Assembly: GCA_902465325.1 (NCBI GenBank)
Contig: CABQMV010000001.1
Span: forward strand, 1-47,626
DNA from: an uncultured Oscillospiraceae bacterium
GTDB lineage: Bacteria > Bacillota > Clostridia > UBA1212 > SIG427
DNA length: 47,626 bases
Direction of reading: 5' to 3'
A program made the position numbers and the translations under genes. The notes beneath the pieces were generated by a model. That model was not told where the DNA came from. It ran no database searches and saw only the letters and a program-made list of their open reading frames with translations. Numbering within the stretch: the stretch's first letter is position 1; every line of letters begins with the position of its first letter. Shown one piece after another: positions 7,030-15,665 of this stretch.

Positions 7030-7773
7030 TCAGGCGATGATAATGCCTCCTATATCCTTCAGGCGGCCTGAACATAAGCTGATTACCTCAACCCCGGCAT
7101 CCTTGATAATTTCCATAATCTCAGACGCATTGTCAAAAGTGTCTTCAATCCTGCCGCAGGTGAAAAGCTTCTGTCCATCCCTTCCGCAGCAGCCGCCCAT
7201 GAAGCCGTGGTCATAGCCTCGCAGTCTCACGTTCTCTACTCCTTCACACCAAATAATCTGAAAGCCCGCATCTTTACACGCATCCCTAATCCCAGCATCT
7301 CCTGTCATCACCAGCACACCGCCGTCTGTTCTCTGCAATGCCACGCTGCTGCACGCAGCATAGCCCTGATTCACATGAACAGGCGTACAGCCCCAGGCCT
7401 TCAGCGCTTCAAACAGAATCGGATCTGTATATTTTAAGTTATGGAAGAATAGCATACCCGCTGTCAGCACATTATATGCAATATTGTTGGGATATTTCCT
7501 GGTGAGTCTAGTATCTCCCTCAATTAAACGAAGCCCGCTGTAATTCAGCTCAAATAAAGCATTCCGATCCATACCAGGCGCGCATACCAGATCGTGATAC
7601 GTGATTTTACAAAGCTGCATATCCGGATGCGTTCCTTCTACCTGATTTAAACCGGGAAGCGGAGGGATACAAAAAACTCGATACCCCTGCTCTTTCATTG
7701 CGCGAATGGCTGACTTCGGCGCGGCACTGCTCATAATGCATGTTTTTTGTTCATCATTCATACTTTTATTCAT
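7030..7773 (-). CDS. guanidino-modifying-enzyme (amidinotransferase/DDAH) fold-like protein of unknown function
   Basis: 247 aa with HPDMQL, VNQGYAACS and a C-terminal GFMGGCCG (candidate catalytic Cys). No convincing RBS at any of the three N-terminal ATGs, and TGATATAAT lies just upstream, so the start is uncertain. Confidence 0.55.
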   Translation of the reverse strand: MNKSMNDEQKTCIMSSAAPKSAIRAMKEQGYRVFCIPPLPGLNQVEGTHPDMQLCKITYHDLVCAPGMDRNALFELNYSGLRLIEGDTRLTRKYPNNIAYNVLTAGMLFFHNLKYTDPILFEALKAWGCTPVHVNQGYAACSSVALQRTDGGVLVMTGDAGIRDACKDAGFQIIWCEGVENVRLRGYDHGFMGGCCGRDGQKLFTCGRIEDTFDNASEIMEIIKDAGVEVISLCSGRLKDIGGIIIA

Positions 7774-7899
7774 AACACTTGCATTATATCACACTTTTTT
7801 TGAGAATTCCACAATTTTTTATGCATAACTAATTTTTTTTTGGAAAACATATGCCCGATGACAATTTTAATTGTTAATCAGAAAGGAGCTGATTGTAAA

Positions 7900-8118
7900 A
7901 TGGCCAGAACCGGTTTAGACAGATTTGCACTCATATTGGTTATCATAGGTGCACTCAACTGGTTATCAGTTGGTTTATTCCAATTCGATGTAGTTGCTGC
8001 CCTCTTTGGCGGTATGAGCAGTATAATCAGCAGAATCGTTTACTCGTTGGTAGGCGTATGCGGTCTGTATTCTATCAGTTTACTGTTCCGCAACGCGGCA
8101 TCTGACGTTCGGAATTAA
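7900..8118 (+). CDS. DUF378 family small membrane protein
   Basis: LDRFALILVIIGALNWLSVGLFQFDVVAALFGG is the DUF378 signature. AAAGGAG RBS precedes the ATG at 7900. Confidence 0.85.
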   Translation: MARTGLDRFALILVIIGALNWLSVGLFQFDVVAALFGGMSSIISRIVYSLVGVCGLYSISLLFRNAASDVRN

Positions 8119-8205
8119 TTTCCAGTATGAAACGAAACAGAAAGCGAATAATAGGATTGTCGGCTAAAGTAGCCGGCCACGAAGCAAAAACGGAGGTAAT
8201 TTAAA

Positions 8206-8397
8206 ATGGCTAATAGCAAAAGCAAAACTAACTTTGACAAGATGAAGTATGAGATAGCAAAAGAAACTGGGGTTAACCTGAAAGAGGGTTACAACGGTGA
8301 CATTACTGCAAAGGATGCAGGTACTATCGGCGGAAACATCGTTCGTAAAGTTTTTGAGAGCTATACAGGAAACAACTATTACAAAGGCGAAAAGTAA
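8206..8397 (+). CDS. alpha/beta-type small acid-soluble spore protein
   Basis: 63 aa with KYEIAKETGVNL...GDITAKDAGTIGGNIVRK. GGAGG RBS. Upstream GTATG-N17-AATAATA (8126-8154) resembles a forespore (sigma-G/F type) promoter, with low confidence. Confidence 0.9.
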   Translation: MANSKSKTNFDKMKYEIAKETGVNLKEGYNGDITAKDAGTIGGNIVRKVFESYTGNNYYKGEK

Positions 8398-8454
8398 TTT
8401 TTAACCTAGTATAAAATATTTGTCTTTCCTCTTATAAATCAACCGTAAAAGAAA

Positions 8455-8494
8455 GGGTCGTCTGAAAAGTAAAATTTTGAGACGGCCCTTTTTG
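8455..8494 (+). terminator. rho-independent terminator after the SASP gene
   Basis: GGGTCGTCT / AGACGGCCC stem (one G-U pair) followed by TTTTT. Confidence 0.7.
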
Positions 8495-8543
8495 CTGACT
8501 TTATTGAATAAGTACCGGCTCAGCTGCATAGATATAAAATGCC

Positions 8544-8822
8544 ATGGATCTGACTTTTGTTATAAAAATTGTGCTGATACTGTTATGCGCACTGCTTCTG
8601 TATTCTCCAGAACTTTTTCCTCGCTGTGCTCATTGCGGCCATATTAAACCCCGAAGCCGCTTTCTATTCCATATCTGTACAAAGATGTCTCTGACCAGAA
8701 AGGGAAATTTATCCCTCTGCAAAAAATGCTGTCAGAAAGAAGGCTTTACCTCTGTCGCCCGCTTTAAACAACAGGCAGATGCACGTCGAAGAGCAGCACA
8801 GACTGCCTGGTGGCAGCTATAA
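8544..8822 (+). CDS. hypothetical membrane-anchored Cys-rich protein (doubtful)
   Basis: 92-aa ORF with a hydrophobic N-terminus and CAHCGH...CKKCC motifs. No recognisable RBS. Confidence 0.25.
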   Translation: MDLTFVIKIVLILLCALLLYSPELFPRCAHCGHIKPRSRFLFHICTKMSLTRKGNLSLCKKCCQKEGFTSVARFKQQADARRRAAQTAWWQL

Positions 8823-8862
8823 AAAGAGCGCAGGTACAGAGACAGTCTCTGTACTCACGCTC
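8821..8862 (-). terminator. strong hairpin terminator after mazF (can act in both directions)
   Basis: GAGCG..GTACAGAG-acagt-CTCTGTAC..CGCTC. On the minus strand TTTTTAT follows. Confidence 0.7.
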
Positions 8863-8886
8863 TCTCACCAAGACCTGCGGTATAGC

Positions 8887-9234
8887 TTAAACTGTAATCA
8901 GACCCAGACTGATTTGAAGCCCTCGGTCTATCTTCCCCATAAAAGCTTCATCCAAATGACAGACCTTCTCTCTCAGCCGGGACTTATCAATGGTGCGGAC
9001 CTGCTCCAGCAGGACTACAGAATCTTTGCTGAGGCCGAATTCTTTTGCATCCAGTTCAAGATGCGTAGGTAATTTTGATTTGTTGATCTGGCTTGTTACC
9101 GCCGCCACAATTACCGTGGGACTGTACTTGTTGCCTATGTCGTTTTGTATAATCAGGACGGGACGAATCCCGCCCTGTTCAGATCCCACCACCGGTCTCA
9201 GGTCTGCGTAAAATATGTCTCCCCTCTTAATCAA
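8887..9234 (-). CDS. mazF: type II toxin MazF/PemK (EndoA-like mRNA interferase)
   Basis: [48 protein letters not shown]...; closely resembles Bacillus EndoA. Confidence 0.95.
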   Translation of the reverse strand: MIKRGDIFYADLRPVVGSEQGGIRPVLIIQNDIGNKYSPTVIVAAVTSQINKSKLPTHLELDAKEFGLSKDSVVLLEQVRTIDKSRLREKVCHLDEAFMGKIDRGLQISLGLITV

Positions 9235-9259
9235 AGCAATTCACTCCCAAAAGTTTTTT

Positions 9260-9523
9260 CTACTTCTTTTCATCTGGTATAAAATTTGCTTCATTTTCAG
9301 CTTCCAACCATTCTTCGGAAATTCTCCTGTTGATTTCGCCCATTTCACTGTAACCCTGAATCATTTGCGTCCTCAGTTCCAGCTGCTTACGTTCATCCAA
9401 ATAATGCTGCATAGCTTCACGAATAAATTCGCTTCTGTTCTTATTGTCCAGCGATGCCAGATAATCGACTTCGCTTAAGAGACTTTCCGGAAGAGTTATC
9501 AGAACCTTTTTAACTTCGGCCAT
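9260..9523 (-). CDS. mazE: ribbon-helix-helix (CopG-type) antitoxin, MazE/EndoAI-like
   Basis: 87 aa. KVLITLPESLLSEVDYLASLDNKNRSEFIREAM is an RHH fold pattern. Lies immediately upstream of mazF. Confidence 0.85.
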   Translation of the reverse strand: MAEVKKVLITLPESLLSEVDYLASLDNKNRSEFIREAMQHYLDERKQLELRTQMIQGYSEMGEINRRISEEWLEAENEANFIPDEKK

Positions 9524-9569
9524 TACAAAACCCTCCTATCAAAGTGTAGCCACAAATTTGCAAGTGAAT

Positions 9570-9585
9570 ACATAAAATTTTATGT
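9570..9585. promoter_or_regulatory. perfect 16-bp palindrome, candidate MazE/MazEF operator
   Basis: ACATAAAATTTTATGT lies 47 nt upstream of the mazE start, within its promoter region. Confidence 0.4.
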
Positions 9586-9791
9586 TTCATGCAAAAATAT
9601 ATTCGTAACCACATGAATAGTATTTCTCTTTCTCTGTTGATTTATTATCCAAATTTTCGTTTAGAATTTGTTTATGCTTTTTTGGGAAATACTTTAGCTG
9701 AGCAATATTGATTTGTTAGGCTTGTGTTTTATACTATGAATCACAGGGTTGCTATTCATCCCTGATCCCAAAGAGGAGGTTGACAAGTATT

Positions 9792-10691
9792 ATGAAAAAT
9801 AATGAAGCTGAAATTTTTGAGGAAAACATAGCAGACAGCGCTGAGCATGAAATTTATCAGGATGCTGACAGTCTCACTACTTATCTGTCGGAAATCGGTA
9901 AATACAGACTGCTCAACAATGAAGAAATTGTAGATCTGTTTAAAAAAATAGAAAAAGGAGACCGCGATGCCTATAATACCGTAGTAACTCACAACCTGAA
10001 ATTGGTTGTAAAATACGCTAAGGTGATTAAGCAGTCCTACAAATCCAATGTTCCGCTGACAGATTTGATTCAGGCGGGGAATATAGGACTGATGAGAGCA
10101 GTGGATAAATTTGAATATAAAAAAGGCTACGCATTTAGTACCTATGCAATCTGGTGGATCCGGCAGAGTATTGTCCGGCATGTGTATGAAAGTGAAAATG
10201 TAATCCGCGTACCGGTCCATATGAGCGAAAAGTTTACCAGCATTGCCAAAGCAGAAAATAGCTTTAAGGATACGCACGGCAGAGAACCTTCCTTTGACGA
10301 ACTTTCTGCCTCCGTTAAAATGACAAAAAAAGAATATAAGCTCTATAAGACTGTAAATACACAGGTTTCTTCTTTAAACTATACAATGGGTGACGATGAT
10401 AACTGTGAATTAATGAACTTTATTCACAGCGGCTCAGAGGACCCCGTGTACGAGGAGACCTCTCAGGAAATGCTAAAAAGTACGATTAACCAAGTGCTAG
10501 ACAGTATGGATCCCCGGGAAGCGCGGATCATACGGGCCCGTTACGGGTTAGACGGAAACGTGCCCATGACACTGGAAGAAATAGGCCGTGAAATGGGAAT
10601 TACTAGAGAGCGTGTCCGCCAGCTAGAATCCTTAGCAATGAAGAAGCTCAGAACCTCTGTAACAGCAAGCAGCATACGTGCTTTTGCCTAA
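9792..10691 (+). CDS. sigma-70 family RNA polymerase sigma factor (short RpoD-like, regions 1.2-4)
   Basis: YLSEIGKYRLL, DLIQAGNIGLMRAVDKFEYKKGYAFSTYAIWWIRQSI, and the 4.2 HTH LEEIGREMGITRERVRQLESLAMKKLR. ATG at 9792 lies 12 nt after GGAGG; a TTG at 9780 is an alternative start. A candidate promoter is TTGATT-N16-TATACT at 9708-9735. Confidence 0.9.
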   Translation: MKNNEAEIFEENIADSAEHEIYQDADSLTTYLSEIGKYRLLNNEEIVDLFKKIEKGDRDAYNTVVTHNLKLVVKYAKVIKQSYKSNVPLTDLIQAGNIGLMRAVDKFEYKKGYAFSTYAIWWIRQSIVRHVYESENVIRVPVHMSEKFTSIAKAENSFKDTHGREPSFDELSASVKMTKKEYKLYKTVNTQVSSLNYTMGDDDNCELMNFIHSGSEDPVYEETSQEMLKSTINQVLDSMDPREARIIRARYGLDGNVPMTLEEIGREMGITRERVRQLESLAMKKLRTSVTASSIRAFA

Positions 10692-10747
10692 ACAGTAAAC
10701 TGAGCTCATACCATATCTTCCTTAATTTCTCATATTTTAATGCAGGC

Positions 10748-10778
10748 AAAAACCCTCCACCATCCCCGGAGGGTTTTT
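10748..10778. terminator. bidirectional rho-independent terminator (sigma gene and rnpB)
   Basis: AAAAA-CCCTCC-accatcccc-GGAGGG-TTTTT. Confidence 0.8.
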
Positions 10779-10789
10779 GCTTTGTTTCA

Positions 10790-11140
10790 AAAAACAAGTA
10801 AGCCTATAAGCCGGGTTCTGTCTGGAATGATCATCTATCTGGACAGTACATTACTGCACTGCTCTAGCCACCAAGGGAGCGGTTGGGCCAACCATTGCTC
10901 CGCAGCGGTGTTGCTTCGGATGGGGTTTACACAGACAGCCTGTGTTACCACAGACCCGGTAAGCTCTTACCTCACCTTTTCACCCTTACACAGCCTAGGC
11001 CATGCGGTTATTTTCTGTTGCACTTTCCTTAAAGTCACCTTCACCGGGGATTACCCGGCATCCTGCCCTGTGAAGCCCGGACTTTCCTCAAACACGGCCT
11101 TTCGGCTCTGTGCCTGCGATCATTCAGCTTACTTGCAAAG
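10790..11140 (-). ncRNA. rnpB: RNase P RNA
   Basis: The minus strand contains the universal GAGGAAAGTCCGGGCT (reverse complement of 11073-11088) and a 3' ACAGAACCCGGCTTATAGGCTTACTTG. P1 pairs CAAGTAAGC (5') with GCTTACTTG (3'). An extended -10 (TGGTATAAT, with the TATAAT hexamer being the reverse complement of 11144-11149) lies just upstream. The 142-aa plus-strand ORF here is spurious. Confidence 0.85.
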
Positions 11141-11224
11141 AGTATTATACCATAAAAATCACTGCTGATAAAGGACATTTGCCGTACCCTTCTATACTTT
11201 TTCATTACACTGTGCTCGTCTCAG

Positions 11225-11253
11225 TTGACAACCTACTTTCCCGCGACTACAAT
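11225..11253 (+). promoter_or_regulatory. sigma-A type promoter for ddh
   Basis: TTGACA, 17 nt spacer, TACAAT. Confidence 0.5.
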
Positions 11254-11292
11254 ATTTTACGGTATAACATGAAAGAAATGAGGTATTTTCAT

Positions 11293-12282
11293 ATGTCTGA
11301 AACGATAAAATTAGGTATTCTCGGTTATGGAAATCTGGGAAAAGGAGCGGAAGCCGCAGCAGCTGCAGCGGAAGATTTAGACTTGACAGCCGTTTTCACC
11401 AGAAGATCCCCCGATACTGTGAAAACATGTACCTGCGTACCTGTATACAGTACAGACCGGATTCTGGATTTTCAAAATAAAATTGACGTATTGCTGCTCT
11501 GCGGAGGCAGTGCTACTGACCTGCCCCGTCAGACACCGGAATATATAAAATATTTTAACGTAGTGGACAGCTTCGATACGCACGCTAAAATCCCAGAACA
11601 TTTTTCTAATGTAGACAGGGCCGCCAGATCGTCCGGTAAGGTTGGAATTATTTCTGTAGGCTGGGATCCGGGTCTCTTCTCCCTGAGCAGAATGTACGCA
11701 GGCGCTGTTTTACCCGAGGGCAAGGATTACACCTTCTGGGGAAAAGGTGTCAGCCAGGGGCATTCGGATGCCATCCGCAGAATTGAAGGGGTCGCAGATG
11801 CCCGTCAGTATACAATTCCTGTGGAAAGTGCACTGGAGGCCGCCCGCAGCGGAAGCAATCCGGAATTTACTACCAGACAAAAACACACCCGGGAATGCTT
11901 TGTAGTTGCCAAACCCGGCGCAGATCAGAACAAAATAGAGCAGGAAATCAAGACCATGCCCAATTATTTCTCAGACTATGATACCACTGTACATTTTATA
12001 TCACAGGAGGAGCTGGACCGGGAGCACAGCGGAATTCCCCACGGAGGATTTGTGATCCGAACCGGCAAAACAGGTCTGCAGAAGGAACACACGCACGTTA
12101 TAGAATACAGCCTGAAGCTGGATTCTAATCCGGAATTCACCGGCTCGGTGCTGGCTGCCTATGCCAGAGCAGCCTATCGCCTAAATCAGGAAGGCATTAG
12201 CGGCTGTAAAACCGTATTGGACATTGCGCCGGCCTATCTCTCCCCTCAAACACCGGAGATGCTGAGAAAATCATTGCTATAG
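11293..12282 (+). CDS. ddh: meso-diaminopimelate D-dehydrogenase
   Basis: MSETIKLGILGYGNLGKG..., LLCGGSATDLP, SVGWDPGLFSL, FWGKGVSQGHSDAIRRIEGV. Start is an internal ATG; 329 aa. Confidence 0.9.
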   Translation: MSETIKLGILGYGNLGKGAEAAAAAAEDLDLTAVFTRRSPDTVKTCTCVPVYSTDRILDFQNKIDVLLLCGGSATDLPRQTPEYIKYFNVVDSFDTHAKIPEHFSNVDRAARSSGKVGIISVGWDPGLFSLSRMYAGAVLPEGKDYTFWGKGVSQGHSDAIRRIEGVADARQYTIPVESALEAARSGSNPEFTTRQKHTRECFVVAKPGADQNKIEQEIKTMPNYFSDYDTTVHFISQEELDREHSGIPHGGFVIRTGKTGLQKEHTHVIEYSLKLDSNPEFTGSVLAAYARAAYRLNQEGISGCKTVLDIAPAYLSPQTPEMLRKSLL

Positions 12283-12301
12283 AATACAGAAAAGGAGAAT
12301 T

Positions 12302-13781
12302 ATGTCGTTAATTCAAGTTGCAGACCTTTCATTTTCCTATGACGGCAGCAGCGACCCCGTTTTTCAAAATGTCAGCTTTCAGATTGATACAGATTGGAAG
12401 CTTGGGTTTATCGGAAGAAACGGAAGGGGAAAGACCACTTTTCTTAAGCTGTTGATGGGAGGTTACGAATACAGCGGAAAAATTCACGCCAATATTGTCT
12501 TTGAATATTTTCCCTATCCGGTGGAGAATTCCCAAAGGGATACGATCCAGATATTGAAAGAAATCTGCCCGGACAAAATGGACTGGGAAATTATTCGGGA
12601 GCTCTCCCTGCTAGAAACAGAGGAAGCAGTACTGTACAGCCCTTTCCGCACCCTCTCCAACGGAGAACAGACCAAAGTACTGCTGGCCGCTCTGTTCCTT
12701 ACTACTCACAGCTTTTTGCTGATTGACGAGCCTACTAACCATTTGGATCAAAGTGCCCGGAATGCAAAAGGGCTATTTAAAACGAAAGAAGGGGTTTATT
12801 CTTGTTTCCCACGACCGCCTTCTCTTAGATGAATGTGTCGACCATATTCTTTCTATTAACCGGAAAAACATAGAAATCCAAAAAGGCAATTTCAGCTCCT
12901 GGCGGGAAAATAAACAGAGCCGGGATGCGGCTGAGCTTGCACAAAACGAACGCCTGAAAAAGGATATCAGCCGGCTGTCTGCCTCTGCCAGACAAACTGC
13001 CAGCTGGTCAGATTCTATAGAAAAAAGCAAATTTGCTTCAGGGAGAAAACGTGAAAAGCCTGCTGACCGCGGCTTTGTAGGGCACAAGGCCGCTAAAATG
13101 ATGCAGCGGGCCAAAAACATAGAGGCCAGGCAGCAGGCCGCGATGCAGGAAAAGTCCGGTTTGCTGCACAATATTGACCGCAGCGATCCCCTTTCTATTG
13201 CCCCGCTCTCCTATCACAGCCCCAGGCTGGCAGAACTGCAGCAGCTTTCTCTTTTCTACGGAGACAATGCGGTTTGCCGGAATCTTACCTTCTGTATTCA
13301 GCAGGGAGACCGGATCGCGCTTCAAGGAAAAAACGGCTGCGGAAAATCTACTGTGCTGAAATGTCTGTGCAGAGAAAATATATTATACACAGGACAGCTT
13401 TTTATCGCCAGCGGCCTGAAAATTTCTTATGTCCCCCAGGATACTTCTTTTCTTCGGGGCACTCTTTCGGAATACGCCGGCGAAAGGGAGATATCCCAAA
13501 GCCTGCTTATGACCCTGCTGAGGAAGCTGGATTTTGAGCGCAGCCAGCTGGAAAAGAAAATGCAGGAGCTCAGTGAGGGACAGAAAAAGAAGGTTCTGCT
13601 AGCTGCTAGCTTATGCGAAAGCGCACATCTGTATATCTGGGATGAGCCATTAAATTTTATTGATATTCTTTCCCGTATACAAATTGAAGAGCTGCTCCTC
13701 AAATATAAACCTACGTTGCTTTTTGTAGAACATGACGCTGCTTTCGTAAATAAAATTGCCACAAAAACTGTATGTCTTTGA
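12302..13781 (+). pseudogene. Lsa-family ABC-F (ARE-type ribosomal protection ATPase) with a +1 frameshift
   Basis: Two ORFs (12302-12832 and 12723-13781) together are collinear with what I remember of Lsa(A): WKLGFIGRNGRGKTT, LSNGEQTKV, LIDEPTNHLD // YLKRKKGFILVSHDR ... GKNGCGKST, LSEGQKKKV, LYIWDEPLNFID. The frame changes between 12749 and 12773, most simply by one extra base in the AAAAGGG run at 12766-12772. Confidence 0.85.
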
Positions 13782-14457
13782 AAAGCTGACACCTCGAAAG
13801 GCGGATGGAAACATTAAATACGTGTGTTACCTGGAAGCTCAAACCATCCCTCAAGAATTAGAAGGTTGGACAAACACCAATCCGCGCAATCAAAAAATGA
13901 CTACAGATGTAGCTAAAACTATTATCTCCAGTTTGGAGGAAAATGATGACTTCCACGAATTAAATCGCGGCCTTCTCTTTTCAGTAGAGTCTGCTAATTT
14001 TGACACGCGCGACGAGACGCTGACCATCGAAATGATTAACGATGATATCCACGGCAATATTGATGGCGGACATACACTTCGGGCAATATTTGATGCGCAG
14101 AAAAGTAAAACCTCACTTGAGAACCGATATGTTTTTGCAGAATTCTTTGTAGGAGTTAAGACACCGGTTGAGTTAGCCGCAGCACGCAACACTTCTGTTC
14201 AGGTAGATCTGAAGTCACAAGAGGAACTTCGCAGGAGTTTCGATTCGTTGAAGGAAATTTTAAAACCATTCCCTTTTGAGAATCGCATCGCCTACCATAT
14301 GAATCAGTATTGTAATGAAAAAGATATTCAGGTTATAGATGTCCGTGGAATTATTACCATTTTGAATATGTTTAATCAAAACTTACATCCAATTGTTGGT
14401 CAGCAAGGAATATCCTTAAGCCGTTTTCTTCTTGGGAAATGCCTTTTCTTATATTGA
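13756..14457 (+). pseudogene. AIPR-like (abortive-infection family) gene, N-terminal third only
   Basis: TNPRNQKMTTDVAKTIISSLEENDDFHELNRGLLFSVE...HGNIDGGHTLRAI...AAARNTSVQVDLKSQEEL matches my recollection of the N-terminal region of AIPR proteins. Only TTG/GTG start candidates exist, and the ORF overlaps the ABC-F 3' end. It stops at 233 aa where such proteins run to ~500-700 aa. Confidence 0.45.
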
Positions 14458-14557
14458 TGAGCGTCAAAAAGATAAGCGCCTGATCTTAGTAATAGACAAA
14501 TTTCCCTATTTTGTTAAAAAGAACAATATGCGAGTATATATCAAATGTTGGTATAGG

Positions 14558-14587
14558 TTGAGATATTTGAAAAAAATATGTTATAAT
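14558..14587 (+). promoter_or_regulatory. sigma-A type promoter with extended -10
   Basis: TTGAGA, 18 nt spacer, TGTTATAAT. Lies 28 nt before the ATG at 14615. Confidence 0.5.
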
Positions 14588-14614
14588 CGAAACAACAAAA
14601 TTGCGGGGTGTTTT

Positions 14615-15514
14615 ATGAAATGTAAAGTTTGCGGCGCTGAAAGCGGAAAATATCCACTTTGTTGTGCCTGTAATAGCAAGAAAGAAAAGGGAGAAATAAT
14701 CAAATGCGATAAATGTGGCAATTGGCACTATACATCAGGATCGTGCTCAACGCCTACATCCGCAACAGACAATAGCAAATATTTATACGATGCTAGGAAA
14801 ACCCTTATTAGTAAATCAGAACAAGGATTTTATAACGCAATAAAATCCTCTGTTCCTGACGGGTATTGTGTTTTTCCGCAAATTAATTTAGCATCTTTTA
14901 TTGACAGAACGGATGATGCACGATTTCATAATGAGTTGTTCAGAAATGTTGATTTATTGATAACGGATGCTGAATATCAACCAAAATTTATAATAGAAAT
15001 TAACGACCAAACGCATCTTAACACAGCGCGCAGAGAGAGGGATGAGAAGGTCCAGAAAATTTGCGAGGAAGCAGGAATCCCGATTCTGAAATTGTGGACC
15101 TCATATGGTATAAATCCCGACTATATACAAGGACGAATCAATGAAACTCTAAACAAACTTCCTGTAGCAAGAGTGCACCATTTCAGTCAAGTGGCAATAC
15201 CGCAAGAACCTGTTACTGCAAGTATACAGCAAACTGCAGTAAAGAAAAAGAACGGTTGTTATGTTGCAACTTGTGTTTACGGCTCTTATGATTGCCCTGA
15301 AGTTTGGGTTCTCAGAAGATATCGAGACAATGTCCTTTCAAACACTTGGGGTGGTAGAGCTTTTATAAAAATTTATTATGCTTTAAGCCCTATGTTTGTA
15401 AAGTTGTTTGGTAAACACAACTGGTTTACAAATATTTGCAAATTAGCATTAGATAAAATAATAGAAAAAATACAAATTAAAGGTTTTAAAAACACCCCTT
15501 ATAACGATAAATAA
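14615..15514 (+). CDS. zinc-ribbon / DUF2726 (PD-(D/E)xK nuclease-like) / Cys-rich C-terminal module protein
   Basis: 299 aa. N-terminus has CKVCG...CCAC and CDKCGNWH...C. Middle has SEQGFYNAI...VFPQINLASFI...VDLLITDAEYQPKFIIEINDQTH...RERDEKVQKICEEAGIPILKL (DUF2726 pattern). C-terminus has GCYVATCVYGSYDCPEVWVLRRYRDNVL...GRAFIKIYYALSP. Confidence 0.75.
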   Translation: MKCKVCGAESGKYPLCCACNSKKEKGEIIKCDKCGNWHYTSGSCSTPTSATDNSKYLYDARKTLISKSEQGFYNAIKSSVPDGYCVFPQINLASFIDRTDDARFHNELFRNVDLLITDAEYQPKFIIEINDQTHLNTARRERDEKVQKICEEAGIPILKLWTSYGINPDYIQGRINETLNKLPVARVHHFSQVAIPQEPVTASIQQTAVKKKNGCYVATCVYGSYDCPEVWVLRRYRDNVLSNTWGGRAFIKIYYALSPMFVKLFGKHNWFTNICKLALDKIIEKIQIKGFKNTPYNDK

Positions 15515-15558
15515 TTAAATTGACATTTTAAGTTAAAACGTGGACAAAGAAAGAATTC

Positions 15559-15598
15559 TCCGAAGCAATGGTAGCATCGCTTTCGGGGAATATTTTCT
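15559..15598 (+). terminator. weak terminator-like hairpin
   Basis: CCGAAGC / GCTTTCGG with one bulge, followed by a T-rich ATTTTCT. Confidence 0.3.
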
Positions 15599-15665
15599 GC
15601 CTACAGTTTAAAAAGTGCCAAAGAGCGCCCGCATATTTTGAGCGAAAAGCTGGCCTCCAGAATTT

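Noticed and set aside
9756-10277. 173-aa minus-strand ORF
   Set aside because: It is antisense to a well-supported sigma-factor gene.
10740-11168. 142-aa plus-strand ORF
   Set aside because: It is antisense to RNase P RNA, and its start lies inside the terminator hairpin.
12749-12773. Programmed ribosomal frameshift in the ABC-F gene
   Set aside because: No slippery heptamer plus downstream structure is evident. A simple one-base homopolymer indel explains the break, so it is treated as a pseudogene or sequencing issue until reads are checked.
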